Origin: Candidatus Micrarchaeota archaeon | Lineage (GTDB): Archaea; Micrarchaeota; Micrarchaeia; Anstonellales; Bilamarchaeaceae | NCBI GenBank assembly: GCA_040758595.1 | Contig: JBFLVJ010000008.1 | Location: 3,291-67,290, forward strand | Direction: 5' to 3' | DNA: 64,000 nt | Part shown: positions 26,318-33,915 of the stretch, in pieces | Position numbering within the stretch: position 1 is the first letter of the stretch | Layout of the letters: each line of letters begins with the position of its first letter | Notes under the pieces: generated by a model | Told to the model about the DNA's origin: nothing | Databases searched by the model: none | What the model saw: only the letters and a program-made list of their open reading frames with translations | Position numbers and translations under genes: made by a program

Positions 26318-26464
26318 TTGAAAAGATGCATAACCTGCGGAAGGAACACTAAAAGCTTCGCGGAGTTCCCGTGCCCCGAGTGCGACGAGAAGATCGTCCG
26401 CTGCCACTACTGCCGGGAGAACCGCAACGGATACAAGAGCGAGTGCGGCTTCAGCGGACCTTAG
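26318..26464 (+). CDS. Small Zn-ribbon protein (COG2888-like, translation-associated), TTG start
   Basis: My own translation: (M)KRCITCGRNTKSFAEFPCPECDEKIVRCHYCRENRNGYKSECGFSGP, with four CxxC pairs. GGTGA lies 5 nt upstream of the TTG. The position immediately upstream of aEF-1beta is a conserved archaeal arrangement. Confidence 0.55.
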   Translation: MKRCITCGRNTKSFAEFPCPECDEKIVRCHYCRENRNGYKSECGFSGP

Positions 26465-26472
26465 GTGAATGG

Positions 26473-26739
26473 ATGGGAGATGAAGGAGAACTGAATGTGG
26501 CGGCCCAATTGAAGATTTACGTCGAGGATGCCGCCACGATGCCATCCGTCAAGGAAGGCATCGAGAAGCTCGCTAAAGTCAACAAGTTCTGGGAAGAGGA
26601 CGTCGGATTCGGCATAAAGGTGCTGAAGGCGAACCTCCTCCTCGCTGATTCTGAAGGCGGCATGGAGAGGCTCGAAGCCGCCATCATGGAGATAGAAGGC
26701 GTAAGCCAGGTAGAGGTAGAGACAGTCACGAGGGTGTGA
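26473..26739 (+). CDS. Elongation factor 1-beta (aEF-1beta)
   Basis: MGDEGELNVAAQLKIYVEDAATMPSVKEGIEKL...EEDVGFGIKVLKANLLLADSEGGMERLEAAIMEIEGVSQVEVETVTRV. Length (88 aa) and pattern fit aEF-1beta. GGTGA lies upstream. Confidence 0.8.
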   Translation: MGDEGELNVAAQLKIYVEDAATMPSVKEGIEKLAKVNKFWEEDVGFGIKVLKANLLLADSEGGMERLEAAIMEIEGVSQVEVETVTRV

Positions 26740-26741
26740 TC

Positions 26742-27362
26742 ATGGCGAAGAAGGTCAAGAAGAAACCAGAAGCGGCCGCTCCGAAGAAGCAGGCCAAGCC
26801 GGCCCACAAGCCGCAGAAGGAGCAGAAAGAGGATTTCAGAGGCATCGTGCGCATCGCAGGAAAGGACGTGAAGGGTGAAGTGAGGCTGGTGCGGGCCCTC
26901 TCCCGTGTGAGGGGCATCGGCCAGACGCTCGCGGTAGCCGCTTCACGCGCGATAAAGAACGAGCTCTCGATTGACCCGGATGGGCAAGTCGGTGACCTGA
27001 GCGAAGAGCAGATAGAGAAGATAGATGCGGTGCTCCACAACCTCCAGAGCTACGACGTACCGAAGTTCCTGCTCAACAGGAGGGGGGACTTCAACAGCGG
27101 CAAAGACAGGCATGTCATCATGAACGACCTCATATTCGAAGTCACCCAGGACGTCGACCGGGAGAAGAAGATGTACAGCTGGAGAGGATACCGGCACACA
27201 TACGGGCAGAAGGTCCGCGGCCAGAAGACACGGAACACCGGAAGGACCGGTATGGCTGTCGGTGTGTTGAGGAAGGCTATAGTGGCTGCTCAGGGAGGGG
27301 CGGCGGCGGGCGCGAAGCCGGCCGCAGGAGCTCCAGCCAAACCGGCAGCAGAGAAGAAGTGA
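26742..27362 (+). CDS. rps13: 30S ribosomal protein S13 (uS13) with Lys-rich N-terminal and Ala/Pro-rich C-terminal extensions
   Basis: Core: FRGIVRIAGKDVKGEVRLVRALSRVRGIG...WRGYRHTYGQKVRGQKTRNTGR. The ATG at 26742 follows GAGGGTG. Confidence 0.9.
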   Translation: MAKKVKKKPEAAAPKKQAKPAHKPQKEQKEDFRGIVRIAGKDVKGEVRLVRALSRVRGIGQTLAVAASRAIKNELSIDPDGQVGDLSEEQIEKIDAVLHNLQSYDVPKFLLNRRGDFNSGKDRHVIMNDLIFEVTQDVDREKKMYSWRGYRHTYGQKVRGQKTRNTGRTGMAVGVLRKAIVAAQGGAAAGAKPAAGAPAKPAAEKK

Positions 27363-27366
27363 TTGA

Positions 27367-27969
27367 ATGGGCGATCCAAGAAAACTGCGGAACAAATATG
27401 AACGTCCCAAGAAGCTTTGGGATGTGGACAGGCTGAAGGAGGAGAAGACCCTCAAGACTGAATACGGCCTCGTTAACATGCGGGAGCTGTGGCGCGCGAC
27501 GGCTGAGCTCAAGAAATACCGGAGAGAAGCCCGGCGCCTGCTCTCCCTCACCCAGGAAGAGAGGCGCGAGGACGACAAGAAGATCCTCCGGAAGCTCTCC
27601 AGGATGGGGGTACTCAAGGAGGGCTCTGTGCTGGATGACGTACTCTCGCTGGAAGTGAGGGCTGTCCTCGAGCGCAGGCTCCAGACCATGGTCCTGCGGA
27701 AGGGCCTGGCACGCACCACCTCGCAGGCACGCCAGCTGATAACACACGGTTTCATCGCCGTCAACGGCCGCAAGGTATCAAGGCCCGGCTACCTGGTGCT
27801 ACAAGCCGACGAGAACGCCCTCTCATACGCCCGCCCGATAGACATAAGCGTGAGGGAAGAAGGGCAGGAAGCGCCGTCGAAGGCCGCTGAAGAGAAAGCT
27901 CCTGCGGCCGCTCCCGCCGAGCCGAAAGAGGCTCAAGAGAAGGCCGAGGCCAAGCCCGAGAGCAGCTGA
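27367..27969 (+). CDS. rps4: 30S ribosomal protein S4 (uS4) with acidic/Ala-rich C-terminal tail
   Basis: [19 protein letters not shown]... is followed by the S4 domain [44 protein letters not shown]. Confidence 0.9.
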   Translation: MGDPRKLRNKYERPKKLWDVDRLKEEKTLKTEYGLVNMRELWRATAELKKYRREARRLLSLTQEERREDDKKILRKLSRMGVLKEGSVLDDVLSLEVRAVLERRLQTMVLRKGLARTTSQARQLITHGFIAVNGRKVSRPGYLVLQADENALSYARPIDISVREEGQEAPSKAAEEKAPAAAPAEPKEAQEKAEAKPESS

Positions 27970-27977
27970 AGGTGTTC

Positions 27978-28535
27978 ATGATGACCGACAAAAACGCTCC
28001 TGAGAAAGAAGAGAAGAAGGCCGCCAAGGAAAACAAGCACCCGAAGGCCGAAGAAGCAGCCGAGGCGCCTGCCGAAGAGGCTCCCAAAACCGAGGAGAAG
28101 CCTGCCGAAGAGAGGCCCTCTGAGGTCTCTGCAGACCTGAGGAAACCCCGGAAGGTGAAACTCGCCGTCCTACACGTCTATTCATCAAAGAACGATACCA
28201 TCATCACAGCGACCGACGTGAGCGGCGCCGAGACCCTCGCATGGGCCAGCGGCGGCATGATGGTCAAGTCCCACCGGGAAGAGGGCCGCCCCTACGCAGC
28301 CATGCAGGCCGCGCTCAAGGTGGTCAACAACCTGAAGGACAAGGGCATCAACCGCGTCCACGTGAGGATACGCGCTCCGGGAGGGGTCGGGATGAAGACT
28401 CCGGGCTCGGGCGCCCAGGCGGTGGTGAGGACCATCGCCAGGACAGGCATCCGGATCGGAAGGATAGAAGACGTCACTCCGCTGCCCACAGACTCCATGA
28501 AGAGGAAGGGCGGAAGAAGGGGAAGAAGGGTATGA
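27978..28535 (+). CDS. rps11: 30S ribosomal protein S11 (uS11) with ~60-aa Lys/Glu/Ala/Pro-rich N-terminal extension
   Basis: Core: [33 protein letters not shown]...[14 protein letters not shown]...[22 protein letters not shown]. Confidence 0.9.
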   Translation: MMTDKNAPEKEEKKAAKENKHPKAEEAAEAPAEEAPKTEEKPAEERPSEVSADLRKPRKVKLAVLHVYSSKNDTIITATDVSGAETLAWASGGMMVKSHREEGRPYAAMQAALKVVNNLKDKGINRVHVRIRAPGGVGMKTPGSGAQAVVRTIARTGIRIGRIEDVTPLPTDSMKRKGGRRGRRV

Positions 28536-29245
28536 AGCTGGCTCTTGATAAGAAGCAGGGGAACCGGATCGAGTGGATCGCCGAAGGCGTCGGCACGTCT
28601 TTCGCCAATCTTGTGCGCAGGTACGCGCTATCCCGCATCCCTGTGCTGGCGATCGACCACGTGACGTTCTACGACAACAACACCGCCTTCTGGGATGAAT
28701 ACATCGCCCACAGGCTGGGTCTGCTGCCGATAACGACACCGAACAGCCTGCCGCACACCACCGAGATAATCTTCTCGCTCGATGCCGAAGGGCCCAAGAT
28801 GGCCTACGCATCCGACATGGCCAGCTCTGACAAGGAGATAACTGTGGCGAAGGACAAGATACCTATCGTAACACTGGGCCCCAACCAGCACCTGAGGTTC
28901 GAGGCCAAGGCAGTCCTCGGGACCGCCCTAAGCCACTCGAAATTCCAGGCCGGGATCCTGAGCTATGGCGAGGAGGGCAAGGGCCTGAGATTCATGGTCG
29001 AGAGCTTCTTCCAGATGGAACCCGCCGACGTGGTGGACCGCGCCTGCGAGGCGGTCGAGACCGATATCGAGTTCATAGAGGCCGTGCTTCTGGGCAAGGA
29101 GCCTCCGAAAAAGAAAGAGGCGAAGGCCGAGAAGCCCAAGAAGGCAGCCGCCAAGAAAGAGGCGAAGCCCAAGAAGGCCGCCACGAAGAAAAAGAAAGAG
29201 GCGGCCGAGGAGAAGGCCGAGGAGAAAGAAGATAAGAAAGAGTAA
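28532..29245 (+). CDS. rpoD: DNA-directed RNA polymerase subunit D (Rpo3) with Lys-rich C-terminal tail
   Basis: [67 protein letters not shown]. It forms an ATGA overlap with rps11 and follows the conserved S13-S4-S11-RpoD order. Confidence 0.85.
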   Translation: MKLALDKKQGNRIEWIAEGVGTSFANLVRRYALSRIPVLAIDHVTFYDNNTAFWDEYIAHRLGLLPITTPNSLPHTTEIIFSLDAEGPKMAYASDMASSDKEITVAKDKIPIVTLGPNQHLRFEAKAVLGTALSHSKFQAGILSYGEEGKGLRFMVESFFQMEPADVVDRACEAVETDIEFIEAVLLGKEPPKKKEAKAEKPKKAAAKKEAKPKKAATKKKKEAAEEKAEEKEDKKE

Positions 29246-29315
29246 TCTTCTCACCGGGCCGGTGTTTCCGGTCCGATGACAAAACGCAAAACCCGAAACA
29301 CGGAACGCTACTCCT

Positions 29316-29399
29316 GCAGGGGTGGCAGAGCGGTCAAATGCGCCAGCTTGAGGGGCTGGTGGGTTAGTCCCTTCGAGAGTTCAAATCTCTTCCCCTGCA
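29316..29399 (+). tRNA. tRNA-Leu (anticodon GAG), class II with long variable arm
   Basis: GCAGGGGTGGCAGAGCGGTCAAATGCGCCAGCTTGAGGGGCTGGTGGGTTAGTCCCTTCGAGAGTTCAAATCTCTTCCCCTGCA. Acceptor is GCAGGGG/CCCCTGC, anticodon loop TTGAGGG and T loop TTCAAAT. Confidence 0.9.
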
Positions 29400-29570
29400 C
29401 TCTGTTCTGGTCTGAGTGCACCTTTCGGGGTGCATTCAGATCAGGTCTCAAATCCTATCATTGCGCTTTCTGATCTGGTCTAAGTTTGGCCAGATGGGTT
29501 CCGTCCGCCGATTTCTCCTCTGAAGGCCAGAGGTTATAAAGAGAGGTTCGGCGCAAATGAAAAGAAAAAA

Positions 29571-30308
29571 CTAGCGCTTGATTGGCTTTGGGGTTTTTCC
29601 ACCAGGCGTTTCCTGTTTTGGCACTGGGCGTTTTTCGAAGGCTGGCGCATCGACGCTAAGGCCGTCCTGCTGCGGCGCTTTTGTATGCGAACATTTCAGC
29701 CTGACATCTTCCCCAAGCGAAGCTACCTTATGGGCAAATTCCAGCTTCTGGCCCTCCCGCCTGGGGATATCCTCCGCTATTTTTATGGCCCTGGTCCAGG
29801 AAAGATTGAATATTTCCCATCCCTTGGCAAATTCGTCCTCGAGCCATTTTCTGGCGACAATCAGAAAGGCTTCCTCGGCGGCATGCTTTACCAGCAGGTT
29901 ACCAATTACCGACTTATCCCTGCAAAGATCAGCCAGTATGCGTAATCTATTAGGTATGGGCACGGGCCCACTACCATTCCATCCCGCGCCGAGAATGCCG
30001 TGCTTTATGATGTACTGCAATCCGATGATGTCTGCCACTTCTCCTGGCAACTCATCTAGCTGTAGGGATGAATGGTTATCTATCGGCTTTGCCGTTATCT
30101 TCAGCCCTATGCCGCCGCAGGCCATCTCACCGATAGGGAACGCTTCTAGGGATCTCACCAGCGTGCCCAAAACAAATGGGACCTGAAAGTCCTGCATGTA
30201 GCTAAGGCGGGAACGGGCCATACTCAACATATCCCGTATCGGCTTCGCCAGTTCCAGCATTGCCTCTCTTTCATTGTCCTCCGCTTGCGTTTCTGTTTTA
30301 TCACTCAT
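29571..30308 (-). CDS. Hypothetical protein (island cargo, 245 aa from MSDKTETQ)
   Basis: Intact ORF with ordinary composition and lower G+C than the core genes. It has a basic Pro/Lys C-terminal tail. No motif recognised. Confidence 0.5.
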   Translation of the reverse strand: MSDKTETQAEDNEREAMLELAKPIRDMLSMARSRLSYMQDFQVPFVLGTLVRSLEAFPIGEMACGGIGLKITAKPIDNHSSLQLDELPGEVADIIGLQYIIKHGILGAGWNGSGPVPIPNRLRILADLCRDKSVIGNLLVKHAAEEAFLIVARKWLEDEFAKGWEIFNLSWTRAIKIAEDIPRREGQKLEFAHKVASLGEDVRLKCSHTKAPQQDGLSVDAPAFEKRPVPKQETPGGKTPKPIKR

Positions 30309-30352
30309 TTTTATCACCAACTATAACAACAGCATAACTGCTATTTAATAAA

Positions 30353-30376
30353 TTATCCTCCAATTTTGGAGGATAA
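30353..30376. promoter_or_regulatory. 24-nt palindrome in the divergent promoter region (candidate TrmB-like operator)
   Basis: TTATCCTCCAA-TT-TTGGAGGATAA has perfect 11-nt arms. It lies between the divergently transcribed 29571..30308 and 30415..31140, inside an AT-rich stretch. Confidence 0.4.
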
Positions 30377-30414
30377 TAAAAAGAATTAAATAAACACGTG
30401 AATAGTATGAAAGT

Positions 30415-31140
30415 ATGATTGACACGGAAATACTGGAAGACATTGGCCTTACCAATGCAGAGATAAAGGTCTACCTGGCGTTGTTGGAATTAGGCACATC
30501 CACAGCCGGCCCTATTCTGGAGAAATCAGGATTGCAGAACTCAGTAGTTCATATGACTCTGAACAAGCTAATCGAGAAAGGCCTTGTCTCATTCGTCAAA
30601 GAAGGCAAAAAACACGTCTATCAGGCCACAAATCCAAGGCACATCATAGAATATATCAATGAAAAAAGAGAACGCTTTGAATATCTCTTGCCTCGGCTTC
30701 TGGCAGCTCAGCAGACCGCAAAGAAAAAACCGGAGGTCACGGTTTTCCGAGGTATAAAGGGGATAAAGGAACTGTTGTTCGAGTTATTAGAAGCAGGGGG
30801 GAAGGAGCACCATACTTTTGGTTCTTCCAAGAAATCGCTGATGCTGGGTGATGCTTGGTGGGTGGCGTACCATAAGAAAAGAGCCCAAAAAGGCATAGTT
30901 GCTAGATTGCTGTTCAACGAATCCTTACAATTCTGGAAAGCAGAGATGAAATACCCCAAATCCGAAGTGAAATATACCAAAGCGGGTTTTGAGCCCCTGA
31001 CCGAAACAATAATCAGAAATGACATGATTGGACTGATAATCTGGACCGATAAACCGATAGGGATTTTGATACACCAGCAGGAAGCTGCAGCCTCTTATGA
31101 CGAGTTCTTCCAGATGATGTGGAAAACCGCAGGACAGTAA
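30415..31140 (+). CDS. TrmB-family transcriptional regulator
   Basis: N-terminal wHTH: LEDIGLTNAEIKVYLALLELGTSTAGPILEKSGLQNSVVHMTLNKLIEKGLVSFVKEGKKHVYQA. A coiled linker and a TrmB-type C-terminal domain follow. Confidence 0.75.
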   Translation: MIDTEILEDIGLTNAEIKVYLALLELGTSTAGPILEKSGLQNSVVHMTLNKLIEKGLVSFVKEGKKHVYQATNPRHIIEYINEKRERFEYLLPRLLAAQQTAKKKPEVTVFRGIKGIKELLFELLEAGGKEHHTFGSSKKSLMLGDAWWVAYHKKRAQKGIVARLLFNESLQFWKAEMKYPKSEVKYTKAGFEPLTETIIRNDMIGLIIWTDKPIGILIHQQEAAASYDEFFQMMWKTAGQ

Positions 31141-31269
31141 CTCTTCCTTCGAGATTTCGGATTAGCTCTTTTGGTGGAATCCCGATCAGGGGATCCAACA
31201 GTGATTTCGATAGTTTTATATATCAATTCATACATAATTGTTATCAACTGATAAATAAAAGTGATTATT

Positions 31270-31548
31270 ATGACGCACGGAGTCCAGATTACCAAACTAG
31301 AACACTCCCCTACTCTCAATACTGTGATCATGGTGGAGGGGGCCCTGCAAAAAGCGGAAGGCAGCGTGGTGACAATTGCGGAACTGAAAAGACTGCTCCC
31401 AAGGCAAGTCAACCACAACACCCTAATGACAATACTCGCATACCTTGAGGAAAGCAACAAGATAGTCGTATCGATCAAGGGCATCACGTGGATACACAAT
31501 CCTAATCCGAATCTTAGGAAAGCTATTGCCCGGGGTCTTGAATTATGA
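31270..31548 (+). CDS. Small winged-helix protein, candidate antitoxin partner
   Basis: 92 aa (MTHGVQITKLEH...VTIAELKRLLPRQVNHNTLMTILAYLEESNKIVV...). It forms a 4-nt ATGA overlap with the downstream RelE/ParE-like gene. An alternative GTG start lies at 31261. Confidence 0.45.
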   Translation: MTHGVQITKLEHSPTLNTVIMVEGALQKAEGSVVTIAELKRLLPRQVNHNTLMTILAYLEESNKIVVSIKGITWIHNPNPNLRKAIARGLEL

Positions 31549-31898
31549 AAACAGTCAGGGTGATCTTTTCCCCGGAAGCCGAAGAGGTTTACAAGTATCT
31601 GAATGAGCATGCTGCGCATTCCAAGCGAGAGCAGACATTTCTCAATGCCGTGAATAAGAAAATCGAGCTGATAAAATCGAATGTCCATTATGGTGATTCG
31701 GTCGCGAAAAAGCTCATACCCTCTGAATACAAAACGAAGTACGGGGTGGACAATCTCTTCAGGGTCGAACTTCCGAACTACTGGCGGATGCTATATACGC
31801 TTACAGAAGGCGAAAGCCAGATTGAAATCATCGCTTTTGTGCTGGATATGATCGATCATAAAGAGTATGACAAGAAATTCGGTTACAAGGGCCGATGA
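31545..31898 (+). CDS. RelE/ParE-superfamily toxin-like protein
   Basis: MKTVRVIFSPEAEEVYKYL...NLFRVELPNYWRMLYTL...IEIIAFVLDMIDHKEYDKKFGY has the typical size and C-terminal pattern of RelE/ParE-type toxins. Confidence 0.5.
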   Translation: MKTVRVIFSPEAEEVYKYLNEHAAHSKREQTFLNAVNKKIELIKSNVHYGDSVAKKLIPSEYKTKYGVDNLFRVELPNYWRMLYTLTEGESQIEIIAFVLDMIDHKEYDKKFGYKGR

Positions 31899-32077
31899 CG
31901 CTCCGACTAGTTTAGAATCGTCTACGTTGCGATGTCAAATCTTATCCTGCATTGTCAATTCGTTTCAGACCTCAGACCTGCCCAGAGCTTCCTTCCCCTG
32001 CACTTTTCCTTTCCCTAGAGCGGACTCCCGGAGAATAATATACGTTTTTATTTACTATCCAACACAACAATTCCATC

Positions 32078-33037
32078 ATGACCAGTCAAAAAACTCTCAA
32101 GGCAGGCCAATCGCCGCACGTGGGTCCAGCCCCGGCCATATGGGGCGCCCACAAGATCGCGCCTGAGGTCCGTCTATCCGACAACCACCACAACGCAGCA
32201 AAGATAACCCATGACATGAACCACAGCCTCAGCATACCCCTCGTGTTCGCTGACTACCTGGCGACCCGCGGGGAGCCGGAGACGCTAAGGCTCTCGGCCT
32301 CAGGGGTCGTGAAATCTCTCCAGACGGTCCGCAGCATGCTGCTAGCTTTCATGCAAGTCTCATCCGCGACGGAGGGGAATGTATCGGGAATGCTGTCGGG
32401 CATGCTCTCTGACATCCGACCCATGCTCCGCGAATCGCGCACATTCGTCCAATCCACCGCTCTGCGGGACGATCTTCCGCAGGCAGCGGCCCAGATGGCC
32501 GCTCTGGCAATGCGCCACCTGGACAAAGCCGATGCTCTCTTGGCCCAGATCCAGGAGGATACCTCCTCGCGCCGGAAGAAAGCCCCTGTGGATGTATCAT
32601 CCCTGCTCCAGCACGCCATCGACATGGCGGCTAGGTGCACCAAGCTCTCCGGGGACTCTGAGCGTTTCGGCTTCAGCTGCGTGGTCGAGAACAGCCCCTC
32701 GCAGGTGCACGGCGACCATGCAGCCCTCGAGCGCCTCTTCTCCAACATGATCGCAAACGCCATCCACGCGATGCCGGAAGGCGGAGAGGTGCGGGCGAGC
32801 GTCAAGAACCACGGTGAGTTTGTGCTTGTGCGCATCACCGATAGCGGCATCGGCATGGACGAGCACACGGCATCCTGCGTATTCCAGCCTTTCTTCACCA
32901 CCAAAGGAGAGAATGGCACCGGCCTCGGGCTCTCGATAGCCCGGGACGTCATCGAAGGCCACGGCGGCGAAGTGGCCATAAAGAGCGCGCCCGGGGAGGG
33001 TACCACCTTCAGGATAGCGCTCCCTGCCAAGCGATAG
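32078..33037 (+). CDS. Soluble histidine kinase (HisKA-like H-box plus HATPase_c)
   Basis: H-box: AAKITHDMNHSLSIP. N box: LFSNMIANAIHAM. G1: ITDSGIGM. F: FQPFFTTKG. G2: GTGLGLSIA. No TM segment or recognisable sensor domain. Confidence 0.75.
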   Translation: MTSQKTLKAGQSPHVGPAPAIWGAHKIAPEVRLSDNHHNAAKITHDMNHSLSIPLVFADYLATRGEPETLRLSASGVVKSLQTVRSMLLAFMQVSSATEGNVSGMLSGMLSDIRPMLRESRTFVQSTALRDDLPQAAAQMAALAMRHLDKADALLAQIQEDTSSRRKKAPVDVSSLLQHAIDMAARCTKLSGDSERFGFSCVVENSPSQVHGDHAALERLFSNMIANAIHAMPEGGEVRASVKNHGEFVLVRITDSGIGMDEHTASCVFQPFFTTKGENGTGLGLSIARDVIEGHGGEVAIKSAPGEGTTFRIALPAKR

Positions 33038-33067
33038 CATAAAAACAGCGGCTGCTAATGCTCTCTG

Positions 33068-33877
33068 ATGGACATCTTGGAAGCCCTAGCCCTCGGCATG
33101 ATCCAGGGCATCACAGAATGGTTGCCCATATCGAGTTCGGGCCACCTGGCCCTGGCGCAGCACCTGTTCGGGACAGAAGTGCCGGTGTCATTCGACATCA
33201 TCCTGCATCTGGGGACCCTCCTCGCGGTCATCGCCTATTACCGGGAATATTTGATTTCGCTCGTAAAAGGGGTGCTGGCACGGGACGCTAAGTCGCTGCG
33301 CCTCGCCTCACTCCTAATCATCACCGCCATCCCGACCGCCATCATCGGTCTCATATTCAAGGACTTCTTCGAGAGCATGTTCTCGGACATGCTTAGCGTG
33401 GCCATCGCCCTCGCAGTCACCGGCGTCTTCCTGATATTCGCCGGCGCCAGGACCCGAAAACCGGATTCCGGAACACCAAACCCAAAACCCGGAACAGCAA
33501 CGCCTGGACCCGGAACCCGCGATGCCCTTCTGATAGGCCTTGCCCAGGGTTTCGCGGTCGCCCCTGGAATCTCCCGCAGCGGGGCGACGATAGGCACGGC
33601 GCTTCTTCTTGGCATAGAAAGGAACGAGGCGGCGAGATTCTCTTTCCTGGCAGGCATCGCACCCATACTCGGAGCAGCCATCCTGGAAGGCAGGCACGCG
33701 CTATCTCTCGATATCGGCCTCTTCCCGCTCGCTGCGGGCTTCATCACGGCCGCTATAGTCGGCTATCTGTCAATCGGCCTCCTGCTCAGATTCCTGAAGG
33801 AGAGCAGGTTCCATCTCTTCGGCTATTACTGCCTTCTTCTATCTGCGGCCATAATCATCGTTTTAATAGCGCTATAG
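33068..33877 (+). CDS. uppP: Undecaprenyl/dolichyl-diphosphate phosphatase UppP (BacA) with low-complexity insert
   Basis: MDILEALALGMIQGITEWLPISSSGHL and LAQGFAVAPGISRSGATI are the two conserved UppP motifs. The insert PDSGTPNPKPGTATPGPGT is encoded by the dispersed repeat. Confidence 0.85.
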   Translation: MDILEALALGMIQGITEWLPISSSGHLALAQHLFGTEVPVSFDIILHLGTLLAVIAYYREYLISLVKGVLARDAKSLRLASLLIITAIPTAIIGLIFKDFFESMFSDMLSVAIALAVTGVFLIFAGARTRKPDSGTPNPKPGTATPGPGTRDALLIGLAQGFAVAPGISRSGATIGTALLLGIERNEAARFSFLAGIAPILGAAILEGRHALSLDIGLFPLAAGFITAAIVGYLSIGLLLRFLKESRFHLFGYYCLLLSAAIIIVLIAL

Positions 33878-33915
33878 CGTGCGATTCCTAGCGATGACCA
33901 GTTATCCGGAATCCT

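Larger units (their letters stand above)
29389..32004. mobile_element. Putative integrated element/remnant genomic island at the tRNA-Leu 3' end
   Basis: A 13-nt exact direct repeat CTTCCCCTGCACT lies at 29389-29401 (tRNA 3' end) and 31992-32004. The interior is visibly AT-richer than the flanks. Cargo is an orphan ORF, a TrmB-like regulator and a wHTH plus RelE/ParE-like pair. An inverted 8-mer GGTCTGAG (29409-29416) / CTCAGACC (31971-31978) sits just inside the repeats. No integrase is present. Confidence 0.45.

Noticed and set aside
27978-28005. ATGATGA...CTGA resembling a C/D box sRNA
   Set aside because: The motifs are simply the first codons of rps11 (ATG ATG ACC ... CCT GAG), and there are no C'/D' boxes.
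31095-31688. 197-aa ORF on the - strand inside the island
   Set aside because: It overlaps the 3' end of the TrmB-like gene and both small + strand genes. Its composition is odd (Cys/Ile/Leu/Phe-rich) and it has no start context.
29389-32004. Intact prophage or provirus
   Set aside because: The region is only about 2.6 kb with four small or medium ORFs. No capsid, packaging, replication or integrase genes were recognised, so it is reported as an island or remnant instead.
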